A stretch of 64,000 nucleotides of DNA from Candidatus Acidiferrales bacterium (lineage in GTDB: Bacteria; Acidobacteriota; Terriglobia; Acidiferrales; UBA7541), in contig DATNDJ010000032.1 of assembly GCA_035553255.1 (NCBI GenBank), positions 1,353-65,352 of the forward strand. The letters are read 5' to 3'. Below the pieces are notes generated by a model that was not told where the DNA came from, made no database searches, and saw nothing but the letters and a program-made list of their open reading frames with translations. Positions 46,648-55,892 of the stretch are shown here, piece after piece. Positions within the stretch are counted from its first letter, which is position 1. Every line of letters starts with the position of its first letter. Position numbers and translations under genes: made by a program.

Positions 46648-47529
46648 TCAGGCCCGACCCCGACGCTGTGGCGCCAGACGGCGAATGAGTTCCAGAAAAT
46701 CGGGTGATATAGCCAGCTTTCCTCCCGAAAAGATTACGTGACTCACGTATTTCTTTGAAGAACTAATGCCGAGCTGGGTGGCGACCTCTACACCTATGAT
46801 ATCGCCGGCCTTCACCGAAGCGGCCGGACTAACAATGAAAACCGGTTTTCGTTCCCCGGCGCCTTGGGCATCCGCTCGATCATAAGCCTGAATCTTCGTG
46901 AAGATCCCAGTCGTTACTTGCAACTTAGCCGTTTCCGCCGGCATCTTGTTCAGTCTTCTCTGGAAGTCCGCAATCATTCGGAGAGGAACGGCGAATGCTT
47001 CTTGATCGAAGACGTGAAGAACGACGATTGGCACCTTGGAAACGCGCTCCCATCGCAGGAGCAGACCCAAGTCTTCTTGCTTGACCCAGATGTTTGGGGC
47101 GATGGGAGGGTTGGCATTCTTCAACGGGCGCCGATCCCACTGCTCTCTGGTTTTGGGCGTCCAGTTGCGCCCCGCCATTTCCGCGGCCCGATATGGAGAA
47201 AATTCCACCTCGATCGCGACTGCAGCCTTTCCCGTCACAAAGCTCAGTGTTTCACCAGGGCGGAAGGCGGCGCGGCTTTCGGCGACGAGATCCTTCTGTT
47301 CCAGAATGCGCCTTTGCGAATCATCCAGATGAGCGATTTCATACACGAGAAGGTCGGGCTCTTTAAAATCGGCGATACCGTATTCCAACTCTGTATCGCT
47401 GCGTATCTCAGAAAGACCAAACCTTTTTGTGAGCAAGCCTTGCTCGCTGCCAAGGCTCTTGACGAGCAAATCTTCAGCCCAGCGGCTTGTCCGAAACCGA
47501 TGCTCGAAATCTATGCCTCGGCCTCGCAT
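46648..47529 (-). CDS. Putative type II restriction endonuclease (partner of the adjacent C protein and methyltransferase)
   Basis: From ATG 47529, which shares 1 nt with the C-gene stop (TAATG): 293 aa. Possible PD-(D/E)xK-like core (KEPDLLVYE ... AVAIEVEFSPY). The call rests mainly on C-R-M gene context. The family was not recognised by eye. Confidence 0.5.
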   Translation of the reverse strand: MRGRGIDFEHRFRTSRWAEDLLVKSLGSEQGLLTKRFGLSEIRSDTELEYGIADFKEPDLLVYEIAHLDDSQRRILEQKDLVAESRAAFRPGETLSFVTGKAAVAIEVEFSPYRAAEMAGRNWTPKTREQWDRRPLKNANPPIAPNIWVKQEDLGLLLRWERVSKVPIVVLHVFDQEAFAVPLRMIADFQRRLNKMPAETAKLQVTTGIFTKIQAYDRADAQGAGERKPVFIVSPAASVKAGDIIGVEVATQLGISSSKKYVSHVIFSGGKLAISPDFLELIRRLAPQRRGRA

Positions 47530-47789
47530 TATCGGTTCTGCTCCGAAGAGATCCCTCTGAAGAGCGCCTGCAAAGTGATTCCCAGCGCTCGGGCGAGGTC
47601 CGCGATTACGTTTACCGTTGGATTGCGGCGACCTCGCTCGAGACCGCTCAAGTACGTGACATGCATCCTTGCCCGATGAGCCAGCTCTTCGAGGGTCCAC
47701 CGCCTCTGCTTACGGAGCGTTCGGATGCGGGACCCAAGCAATCGGCCGACTCGAGCACTGTTTCGGCGGGATGTCCTGCGCGGGCTCAT
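47529..47789 (-). CDS. XRE-family HTH controller (C) protein of the R-M system
   Basis: 86 aa. HTH_XRE signature RIRTLRKQRRWTLEELAHRARMHVTYLSGLERGRRNPTVNVIADLARALG. It lies immediately upstream of, and overlaps, the nuclease gene, and is divergent from the methyltransferase. Confidence 0.75.
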   Translation of the reverse strand: MSPRRTSRRNSARVGRLLGSRIRTLRKQRRWTLEELAHRARMHVTYLSGLERGRRNPTVNVIADLARALGITLQALFRGISSEQNR

Positions 47790-47821
47790 TCGGCACGGTA
47801 GGATGAAGCTAAAGAACCGGG

Positions 47822-47850
47822 TTGACCATAGACTTTAAGTCAAGTAGTAT
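47822..47850 (+). promoter_or_regulatory. Candidate sigma70-type promoter of the methyltransferase gene, with the C-box inside its spacer
   Basis: TTGACC (47822-47827), 17-nt spacer, TAGTAT (47845-47850). The methyltransferase ATG is at 47897. Confidence 0.45.
47831..47841. promoter_or_regulatory. C-box-like palindromic operator GACTTTAAGTC
   Basis: Perfect GACT-N3-AGTC palindrome, 42 nt upstream of the C-gene ATG, in the C/M divergent intergenic region. Confidence 0.6.
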
Positions 47851-47896
47851 CCGGACGTATTTGCGGAGCGAAGCGGAATACAATGGAACTCGAAGC

Positions 47897-49426
47897 ATGA
47901 ATGGGACACATCAGCAACTGCCCGCGTCTGGCCCGGAAAGGGAGGCGCTAAGAGAAAAAGGGCAATTTTGGACACCGAGTTGGGTCGCGGACGCGATGGT
48001 TGCATACGCTTTGGGCTCCGGTGCCAGTCACATTTTTGATCCTGCGGTCGGCGCCGGGGCGTTTTTAAAGGCTGCGAAATTAGCGGGAGTAAGCGAAGGC
48101 CGGAGGGTAGAGCTGCTAGGCATGGAGATAGACAGCACCTCTCAACAGCAGGCCCGCGACAACGGGCTATCCGCCGAGGACTTACACCACATAGAGATTG
48201 GCGATTTTGTTCAGCATCCACCTCGAGAGCGCTTCGCGGCGGTAGTGGCGAACCCGCCGTACATTCGCCACCACAGATTGCACGGAGAACTGAAAGGATT
48301 CTTGAGGGTGTTTGGCACGACCTTACTGGGAAAACCATTGGATGGCCGCGCCGGGTATCACGTTTACTTTTTCCTGCAGGGCCTTCAGGTACTTTCGTCC
48401 GGCGGCAGGCTGGCCTTTATTATGCCCGCGGATGTCTGCGAGGGGATTTTTGCCGGCCCCCTGTGGCGGTGGGTCCTAGATAGATATCGGTTGGACGCGG
48501 TGGTGACGTTTGCTCCTGAAGCCACTCCCTTCCCCAGGGTGGATACAAACGCGATCATTTTTATGCTGTGCAACGAGGCTCCGCTGGAGAACTTCCTTTG
48601 GGCACGCTGCGTGCGTTCGGATTCTTACGCTCTAAAAGAGTGGATTGGATCGGGATTCCAAAAGAACGTGGAGGGCGTATCTGTGAGCAAACGATCTGTG
48701 ACGGAAGCTCTCCACACCGGCCTCTCTCGACCGCCCTCGCAACGAACGGATGATTTTGCCACCCTGCGTGACTTCGCTTATGTGCTTCGGGGAATCGCAA
48801 CAGGGGCCAATGAGTTTTTCTTTCTGACCGAGGAGCGTGCGGCCGAGCTAGGCCTTCCGCCAGGAGCCCTTATCCCAGCAGTCGGGAGGACACGCGACGT
48901 TAGGGGCGACCTTCTGACCGACGGCACTATGCAGTCCTTGCGAGCCAAGGGGCGTCCGACGTTGCTGCTATCGCTCAACGCAGCTTCGACAGAGTCCCTG
49001 CCGCGCTCCGTCAGAGATTACTTGGGGTATGGCGCGCAGCTAGGTCTTCCGCGCCGGGCGCTCATAGCGACGCGGAATCCATGGTACAGAATGGAAAGCC
49101 GAGTTCCACCTCCTTTCCTATTTGCTTATCTTGGAAGGAGGAGTGCGCGATTTATTCGCAACGTGGCGGGAGTTGTGCCACTAACGGGATTTCTCTGCGT
49201 ATATCCCAGAGTCTCAGATGCCAAATACATTGAGAAACTCTGGGGCGTATTGCGCGATCCCGAGACGATCGCGGAATTGCCTCTTGTCGCCAAATCTTAT
49301 GGTTCTGGGGCCATTAAGGTTGAACCTCGATCTCTAGAGCGGCTGGCAATCCCAACGCCGGTCTTACAGAGGCACGGCATTAATTTGAAGGATACCCCCG
49401 GGCAGCTCCAATTGATCGCAAGCTGA
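47897..49426 (+). CDS. N6-adenine DNA methyltransferase (gamma class, Eco57I/TaqI-like)
   Basis: From ATG 47897: FWTPSWVADAMV, motif I FDPAVGAGAFL, then motif IV NPPYIRHH (gamma-class order I then IV). A long C-terminal target-recognition region follows. The ORF-track TTG start at 47822 falls in the promoter. Confidence 0.85.
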   Translation: MNGTHQQLPASGPEREALREKGQFWTPSWVADAMVAYALGSGASHIFDPAVGAGAFLKAAKLAGVSEGRRVELLGMEIDSTSQQQARDNGLSAEDLHHIEIGDFVQHPPRERFAAVVANPPYIRHHRLHGELKGFLRVFGTTLLGKPLDGRAGYHVYFFLQGLQVLSSGGRLAFIMPADVCEGIFAGPLWRWVLDRYRLDAVVTFAPEATPFPRVDTNAIIFMLCNEAPLENFLWARCVRSDSYALKEWIGSGFQKNVEGVSVSKRSVTEALHTGLSRPPSQRTDDFATLRDFAYVLRGIATGANEFFFLTEERAAELGLPPGALIPAVGRTRDVRGDLLTDGTMQSLRAKGRPTLLLSLNAASTESLPRSVRDYLGYGAQLGLPRRALIATRNPWYRMESRVPPPFLFAYLGRRSARFIRNVAGVVPLTGFLCVYPRVSDAKYIEKLWGVLRDPETIAELPLVAKSYGSGAIKVEPRSLERLAIPTPVLQRHGINLKDTPGQLQLIAS

Positions 49427-49479
49427 TTCAGCTTGCCCGATGCGCCGAAGTGGCGCATTAGCGGCCGGCACTGCATAGA

Positions 49480-49674
49480 TCATTGCGAATCCGGGTTGGG
49501 CGACAGGCCCAATCCGGAGAAATCATCGGCTTCCAGGTGCACGGAAACGGCTTCGCGGAAGTTGGATACTGCTTCGTCCAAGCCGGCGCCTTGGCTGACA
49601 ATCGGAAGCTCGAGGCACTCGACTACGCAGGCTCCCTCACTTTCTTGAATGATTGCGCGCAAGAGTTTGCGCAT
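49480..49674 (-). CDS. HicB-like (UPF0150) antitoxin-fold protein, no adjacent HicA
   Basis: 64 aa. MRKLLRAIIQESEGACVVECLELPIVSQGAGLDEAVSNFREAVSVHLE resembles the short HicB/UPF0150 fold (a 'Y-a-x-v-P-d-l-p-G-c-x-s-q-G-x-T-x-e-E-A' type pattern). The flanks are too short for a toxin gene. Confidence 0.5.
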   Translation of the reverse strand: MRKLLRAIIQESEGACVVECLELPIVSQGAGLDEAVSNFREAVSVHLEADDFSGLGLSPNPDSQ

Positions 49675-49752
49675 TGAGTGCTCCGCGTTGAACGATACAT
49701 CCGACTTGCGACTGGCGCGCGTCTATTCGCACTCGCTGGGGGGCGGCGCGAT

Positions 49753-51078
49753 TCAAGGGTAGACGCGGTAAAGCATGCGGGGGAAGGGGATGACCTCGCG
49801 GATGTGTTCGGCGCCGCAAATCCAGGCGACGGTGCGTTCGAGGCCGAGGCCGAAGCCGGCGTGGGGAACGCTGCCGTAGCGGCGGAGATCGAGATACCAC
49901 TGAAAGGCGTCCTCGGGGAGATTGTGCTCGCGCAGGCGGCGGACCAAGGTTTCGTAGCTCGATTGGCGCTCGCCGCCGCCGATGATTTCGCCGTAGCCTT
50001 CGGGGGCGATCATATCGAAGCTGAGAGAAAGGCTGGGGCGGGCAGGATCGGTTTCCATATAGAAGGCCTTCATCGCGGCGGGATAACGATGAATGATGAC
50101 GGGTTTATCGAACTGCTTCGAGAGCAGCGTCTCTTCATCGCCGCCGAAGTCGTCGCCCCACTTGATCTGATTGCCAGCCTTTTGCAGGATTTGAATGGCT
50201 TCGTCGTAGGTGATGCGCGGGAAGGGCGGGAGGGCGTTCGCGAGGCCGGCAACGTCGCGGCCGAGGGTGGAGAGTTCGCGGGCGCGATTTTTCACGCAGG
50301 CTTGCGCGATGGCGCTGACGAGGCCTTCGCCGAGCAGCATCATGTCGTCGAGATGGGCGTAGGCGGCTTCCGGCTCGAGCATCCAGAATTCGGTGAGGTG
50401 GCGGCGCGTCTTCGATTTTTCGGCGCGGAAGGCGGGGCCGAAGGTATAGACCTTGCCGAGGGCGGCGGCGGTGGCCTCGACGTAAAGCTGGCCGGACTGG
50501 GTGAGATAAGCCTTCTGGTCGTCGATGTAATTCACTTCAAAAAGGGTGGTGGTGCCTTCGCAGGCGGCGGGGGTGAAAACGGGCGCGTCGGTGAGGGTGT
50601 AGCCCTGGCTATCCATGAAATTGCGGGCGGCGCGCTCGGCTTCGGCGCGGATGCGGAGGATGGAGGCCTGGCGCGGGGTGCGAATCCAGAGATGGCGCTG
50701 ATCGAGGAGGAAATCCACGCCGTGCTCTTTCAATTGAATCGGATAGGGCTGCGATTCGGAGACGCGCTGAACGACTTCGATGGCAGTGACGTGAATTTCA
50801 TGGCCGCCGGGGGCGCGCGGCTCCGGCTGGATTTTCCCCGTGACGATCACGCTCGATTCCTGCGTGAGGCCCTTGAGCGCGGCAAAGGCTTCGGGCCGCT
50901 CCTTCAGCGAGACGATGCCCTGCATTTCGCCGGTGCCATCGCGAAAAATGGGGAAGAGCAGCTTGCCGGATTCGCGGAGATTGTACAGCCAGCCGCGGAT
51001 GGTGACCTCCTGGCCGGCGTGGAGCGCGGCGCGCTCGATCGGGACGATGGGTGCGGCGGATTGAGCTTCGGGCGTCAT
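49753..51078 (-). CDS. asnS: Asparagine--tRNA ligase
   Basis: OB-fold N-terminus ([18 protein letters not shown]). Class II motifs ([34 protein letters not shown]...IREVIPFPR). The length of 441 aa is typical of AsnRS. Confidence 0.85.
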   Translation of the reverse strand: MTPEAQSAAPIVPIERAALHAGQEVTIRGWLYNLRESGKLLFPIFRDGTGEMQGIVSLKERPEAFAALKGLTQESSVIVTGKIQPEPRAPGGHEIHVTAIEVVQRVSESQPYPIQLKEHGVDFLLDQRHLWIRTPRQASILRIRAEAERAARNFMDSQGYTLTDAPVFTPAACEGTTTLFEVNYIDDQKAYLTQSGQLYVEATAAALGKVYTFGPAFRAEKSKTRRHLTEFWMLEPEAAYAHLDDMMLLGEGLVSAIAQACVKNRARELSTLGRDVAGLANALPPFPRITYDEAIQILQKAGNQIKWGDDFGGDEETLLSKQFDKPVIIHRYPAAMKAFYMETDPARPSLSLSFDMIAPEGYGEIIGGGERQSSYETLVRRLREHNLPEDAFQWYLDLRRYGSVPHAGFGLGLERTVAWICGAEHIREVIPFPRMLYRVYP

Positions 51079-51938
51079 TTTTTCGGTTGCGAGGCCTTCG
51101 TGCCGCCCTCAGGGCCGGCGAGCTGATCGAAAGCGGCGCGGATCTGAGCGAGCGAGGGCGCACCGCCGGGCTGATCCTTGAGTTCGAGGACGAGCGGCAG
51201 GGGCTCGGGCACGGCGGCAAGCATTTTCAGCACGGCTTCCCAATCAATGCCTTTCGGGCTGCATTCGCCGGGCAGGAGGTGCTCGTCCTTTTCGCCGTGG
51301 TTATCGTGGATGTGCGTGGTGGCGAGGCGATCGCGCATCAGCTCGAAGGCTGAAGCAACGCCGGATTCCATGTGGGCGTGGCCGGTATCGAGGCAGAACT
51401 TTACATTTTGCAGATGCGTTTCCTTGAGGAACTGATGAAGAGTGTGCGGCGAGCCAAGATCGCCCGGGGTGTTTTCGAGCGCGACGGCGACGCCGCGCTG
51501 GCGAGCGAAAAGCGAGAGGTGTTCGAGCGAGCTGAACGCGGCGTCGAGCTTGCGCGGGTCAGCGGACTGGCGGCCGTGGCCGATATGCTGGACAAGATAG
51601 CGGAAGGGGATGCGTTCGGCGACTTCGAGGGCGCGCTTCACTTCGTCCATGGCATCGAGGCGGCGAATGCGTTCGGTATCGGAAATGGAAATGGGCGTGC
51701 CGCTTTCGCGGCCGGGGGCCATATCGCGTTCGGTGGGCGAATGGAGGGAGTGGAGCGCGATGCGATGGTCAGAGAGCGCGGAGGCCATCTCGCGCACGAC
51801 TTGCGGAGAGGCGTAACTGAAATGGCCGGAGGCGCAGAAGATTTCGATCTCACGGATTCCGGCGGACGCGAATTCGCCGAGCAGGGCGGGCGTGAGCGCA
51901 TGATGAATAAAGCGGTATGTGGAGAGAACCTGTTGCAT
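51075..51938 (-). CDS. Sugar phosphate isomerase/epimerase (xylose isomerase-like TIM barrel)
   Basis: Typical AP_endonuc_2 pattern (LENTPG, DTGHAHM, HIHDN). Its stop overlaps the asnS ATG (ATGA at 51075-51078). Confidence 0.7.
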   Translation of the reverse strand: MQQVLSTYRFIHHALTPALLGEFASAGIREIEIFCASGHFSYASPQVVREMASALSDHRIALHSLHSPTERDMAPGRESGTPISISDTERIRRLDAMDEVKRALEVAERIPFRYLVQHIGHGRQSADPRKLDAAFSSLEHLSLFARQRGVAVALENTPGDLGSPHTLHQFLKETHLQNVKFCLDTGHAHMESGVASAFELMRDRLATTHIHDNHGEKDEHLLPGECSPKGIDWEAVLKMLAAVPEPLPLVLELKDQPGGAPSLAQIRAAFDQLAGPEGGTKASQPKK

Positions 51939-52062
51939 CAGGGCCTCGCGGTGCTGGATTGGCGAACGTCTATCGTCCGTGGAAATGCGGGGGACGTCAA
52001 GGGAGGCGGGAGGCGAGGAAGCGGAGGGGGCAGAGCAGGCAAAGGAGCAAGACCGTGTGGTG

Positions 52063-55000
52063 CTAGGCGCCGGGCTCGACGGTTGGTGCGCCGGCGGCGG
52101 AGTCGCCTACTGTGAAATAGGCGCAATCGGGATGATGGAAGGCGAGGGCGCTGACGCTGGCTTCGGGGTCCATCATCATGCCTTCGGTGAGGTGGACGCC
52201 GATTTCCTGCGGGTGAAGCAGGAGCCAGATGCCGGCCTGGTCCTCGAGATTGGGGCAGGCGGGATAGCCGAAGCTATAGCGCTTGCCGCGATAGCGGGAG
52301 ACGAAGCGTTCGGCCATCGAGAGCGAAGGCGGATCGGGGAAGCCCCAATCCTCGCGGATGCGGCGATGAACCCATTCGGCGCAGGCTTCGGCGGATTCGA
52401 GGGCGAGGGCTTGCAGGGCGTGCGAGTAAAAATATTCGCCGGCGGCTTTCGCATCCTCGGAGCGCTGGCGTATGCCGGCGCCGGCAGTGACGACGAGGAG
52501 GGCCATGTGGTCGCGGCGGCCATTTTCGCCGGGCAGGATATAGTCGCTGAGGCAGAGCTTATCGCCGGCGTGCTGGCGCTGAAAATGAAACGCGTGCAGC
52601 GGCGCGGCGGCGCCGGGCGCGAATAGCGCGATGGAATTGCCGTCGCGTTCGGCTTCGAAAAATTGCCAGACGGCGGCGATCTTCATGAATTTTTCGGCTT
52701 CGCGCTTGACGTCCTCCATTTTCTGAAAGAGGTCCACGGCGGCGGGATCGCGTTCGGCGAGCAATTTCGTGAAGTTGCCGCGAAAGCCGAGATGGCGGCC
52801 GTAGATCATGTAGGGATTGATGTAGCCCCAGATTTCGCGGAGGTCGGGGACGCTGCGCAGCTTGCGGTCGAGATAGGCGACATCGGGGATGGGGATGTCT
52901 GTGCGGATGCGCAGGGAGCGTTGTGTGCCGGGCTTGGGCGCGAGGCGCGGGGCGGAGTTGTCGAGCGCGGCCGCGGGGGCGGGGACGTGCTCGCGGAGGA
53001 CGACTTCGCGGCGGACGGGATCGCTGAGGTCGTTCATGAGGCGCAGGCCGGTCATCGCGTCCTTTGCATAGCAGACGGCGGTGGAATATTGCGGCGCGAT
53101 TTTTGTGCGCGTGAATTTATCAGAGAGCGCGGCGCCGCCGACGAGCAGCGGCACGTCAACGCCGGCTTCGCGGAGATCGGCGGCGGTGATGACCATCTGC
53201 TGGGCGCTTTTGACGAGCAGGCCGGAGAGGCCGATGACGTCTGGATGGTGCTCGCGATGGGCGCGAATTAAATCCTCGGGCGGGACTTTGATGCCGAGGT
53301 TGATCACGTCGTAGCCGTTATTTTTGAGGATGATCTCGACGAGATTTTTGCCGATGTCGTGGACGTCGCCCTTCACGGTGGCGAGAATCACCTTAGCGCG
53401 CTTTTGCGTGTCCGCCTTCTCCATGAATTGCTCGAGATGGCTCACGGCGGCTTTCATTGCTTCGGCGGACTGAAGGACTTCGGCGACGATCAGCTCGTTG
53501 TTGTTGAAGAGGCGACCGACTTCGGCCATGCCGGCCATGAGGGGGCCGTTGATGACATCGAGCGGTGCGACGCCTTCGGCGAGTTTTTTGTCGAGGTCAG
53601 CGATGAGGCCGTCCTTGGCGCCTTCGAGGATGTAATTGGCGAGGCGCTGATCGAGCGGCAGATCGGCGGCGCGAACTTTCTGGCGCGCACCGGCTCCGCG
53701 GAAATGCTCGGAGATGGCGGCGATGTGAAATTGGTTGATGGCGGCTTTTTGCTCGCGCGATTGGCTGCGCCAATCGGCGGGGGCGTCGCGCAGGAGCACG
53801 GCTTGGGGATGACCGGCGGGAAAGGCGCGCGGCGGAGAATTGAAGAGCAGGTCTTCGGCAAGGGCGCGTTCGGCTTCGGGAATCGAGGGGAAGCGCTCGA
53901 TGCGTTCGGCGTTGACGATGGCGAGATCGAGGCCGGCCTTCGTGCAGTAATACAGGAACACGGAATTGACGACTTCGCGCGCGCCGGCGGGAAGGCCGAA
54001 GGAGACGTTGGAAATACCGAGCACGGTGCGGACGTGAGGAAGCTTCTGCTTGATGAGGCGAATGCCTTCGATCGTCTCGACGGCGCCGCCGATATAATTT
54101 TCGTCGCCGGTGGCGCAGGGGAAGACGAGGGGATCGAAGATGATGTTGGACGCGGGGATCGCGTATTTTTCGGTGAGCAGGCGGCAGGAGCGCTCGGCGA
54201 TTTCGAGTTTGCGCTGTCGCGTGAAGGCTTGCGCCTGGAGCTTGTCTTCGTCAATGCAGCCGACGACGAGCGCGGCGCCATAGGAGCGCGCGAGCGGGCA
54301 GACGCGCTCGAATTTTTCCTCGCCGTCCTCGAGATTGATGGAGTTGATGATGCTCTTGCCCTGGCAATAGGTGAGGGCGAGTTCGATGGCGCGGGCGTCC
54401 GTGGTGTCGATCATGAACGGGGATTTAATTTTGCGTATGAGCTTTTCGTAGAAGGGCGGCACGTCCTTGAGTTCGTCGCGCTCGGTGCTTTGGAGGCAGA
54501 CGTCAACGATATGCGCGCCGCTTTTCACCTGGCGGCGGGCGATTTCGGTGGCTTCCTCCCACTGGTCGGCGGCGACGAGATTTTTGAACAGGCGCGAGCC
54601 GATTACGTTGGTGCGTTCGCCGACGATGAGCGGGCGGGTGCTGTCTTCGGCTTCGATGATCTCGATGCCGGAATATACGGCGCGATGATTCGGCTCCGGT
54701 GCGAGGCGCGGCAGTTTGCCCTGGGCCATTTGCGCGATGGCGCGAATGTGCTTCTCCGTGGTGCCGCAGCAGCCGCCGACGATATTAAGCCAGCCGCGAT
54801 CGGCGAAGCGCTCGAGCTGCTCGGCGAGCGACGTGGGCGTCTCGGCGTAGAGGCCCTCCTCGTTTGGCAAGCCGGCGTTGGGATAGCAGGAGACCGAGCG
54901 CGCGGTGAGCGATTGCAGGGTGCGAATGTGGTCGGTCATGAACTCGGGGCCGGTGGCGCAATTTAGGCCGAGCGAAATCAGTTCGACGTGATCGAGCGAG

Positions 55001-55653
55001 GCCCAGAGCGCCTCGATATTCTGGCCGCCGAGCATGGTGCCCATCGGCTCGATGGTGGCGGAGATCATCAACGGGATGGGCGCGCCGAGCTCGAGGCCGA
55101 GGTCCTGGACGGCGAGAACGCCGGCTTTGATGTTGCGCGTGTCCTGGCAGGTTTCGAGCAGCAGGATATCGGCGCCGCCTTCGATCAAGCCGCGCGCCTG
55201 CTCGAGGAAATTCGCGCGAAGGGCATCGAAGCTGACGCCGCCGGTGACGCTGATGGCCTTCGTGGTGGGGCCCATCGAGCCGGCAACGAAGCGTGGCTTC
55301 GCGGGCGTGGAAAATTCGTCTGCGGCCTGGCGCGCGAGTTCCCCGGCGCGACGATTGATCTCGCGGGCGCGTTCGGCCAAGCCGTATTCGCCGAGAACCA
55401 GGGGCGTGCCGCCGAAGGAATTGGTTTCGATGATGTCCGAGCCGGATTCGAGATATTTGCGGTGAATATCGAGCACGACGTCTGGACGGCTGAGGACGAG
55501 GTGCTCATTGCAGCCTTCGAGATGCGGCCCGCCAAAATCGGCGGCGGTGAGGTTGCGCTGCTGCAGCATGGTGCCCATCGCGCCATCGAGGATGAGAATG
55601 CGCTGGCGGAGCAGCTCGCGGAGGGCGACGCCCTGTTGGATCAGGTCTCTCAT
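52063..55653 (-). CDS. metH: Cobalamin-dependent methionine synthase MetH
   Basis: From ATG 55653: Hcy-binding domain (ILILDGAMGT...GGCCGTT), pterin-binding domain, B12 cap/binding domain (GDVHDIGKN), and AdoMet reactivation domain. About 1196 aa. Confidence 0.95.
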   Translation of the reverse strand: MRDLIQQGVALRELLRQRILILDGAMGTMLQQRNLTAADFGGPHLEGCNEHLVLSRPDVVLDIHRKYLESGSDIIETNSFGGTPLVLGEYGLAERAREINRRAGELARQAADEFSTPAKPRFVAGSMGPTTKAISVTGGVSFDALRANFLEQARGLIEGGADILLLETCQDTRNIKAGVLAVQDLGLELGAPIPLMISATIEPMGTMLGGQNIEALWASLDHVELISLGLNCATGPEFMTDHIRTLQSLTARSVSCYPNAGLPNEEGLYAETPTSLAEQLERFADRGWLNIVGGCCGTTEKHIRAIAQMAQGKLPRLAPEPNHRAVYSGIEIIEAEDSTRPLIVGERTNVIGSRLFKNLVAADQWEEATEIARRQVKSGAHIVDVCLQSTERDELKDVPPFYEKLIRKIKSPFMIDTTDARAIELALTYCQGKSIINSINLEDGEEKFERVCPLARSYGAALVVGCIDEDKLQAQAFTRQRKLEIAERSCRLLTEKYAIPASNIIFDPLVFPCATGDENYIGGAVETIEGIRLIKQKLPHVRTVLGISNVSFGLPAGAREVVNSVFLYYCTKAGLDLAIVNAERIERFPSIPEAERALAEDLLFNSPPRAFPAGHPQAVLLRDAPADWRSQSREQKAAINQFHIAAISEHFRGAGARQKVRAADLPLDQRLANYILEGAKDGLIADLDKKLAEGVAPLDVINGPLMAGMAEVGRLFNNNELIVAEVLQSAEAMKAAVSHLEQFMEKADTQKRAKVILATVKGDVHDIGKNLVEIILKNNGYDVINLGIKVPPEDLIRAHREHHPDVIGLSGLLVKSAQQMVITAADLREAGVDVPLLVGGAALSDKFTRTKIAPQYSTAVCYAKDAMTGLRLMNDLSDPVRREVVLREHVPAPAAALDNSAPRLAPKPGTQRSLRIRTDIPIPDVAYLDRKLRSVPDLREIWGYINPYMIYGRHLGFRGNFTKLLAERDPAAVDLFQKMEDVKREAEKFMKIAAVWQFFEAERDGNSIALFAPGAAAPLHAFHFQRQHAGDKLCLSDYILPGENGRRDHMALLVVTAGAGIRQRSEDAKAAGEYFYSHALQALALESAEACAEWVHRRIREDWGFPDPPSLSMAERFVSRYRGKRYSFGYPACPNLEDQAGIWLLLHPQEIGVHLTEGMMMDPEASVSALAFHHPDCAYFTVGDSAAGAPTVEPGA

Positions 55654-55892
55654 CGAGACACCTGAGGCAGAGGAGTTAGAGGAGATATAGGAACGGCGAG
55701 CGCGGATGCATGCCGGAAATTGTGCTGAATCGCCGTGCAAGCGTTTCGGGCAATAAGGCGGCGCTCGGCTAGGCGGCGCAAGATGCTAGGCGAATACTGT
55801 TTGGTGCGGATATCGAAGGCGATTCACTCGTCCTATCCAAAAGGATATTTTGAGGTACAGCAGCCTGCGGCGTCAAGCCTGGCCAATCAAGG

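Noticed and set aside
47822-47896. TTG start at 47822 for the methyltransferase, as in the ORF track
   Set aside because: That TTG is the first half of the TTGACC -35-like hexamer in the divergent control region. The conserved methyltransferase sequence begins after ATG 47897.
55654-55892. Cobalamin, SAM or SAH riboswitch upstream of metH
   Set aside because: No B12 box, SAM-I core or SAH consensus could be found by eye on the coding strand. It is kept only as an item to check, not as a feature.
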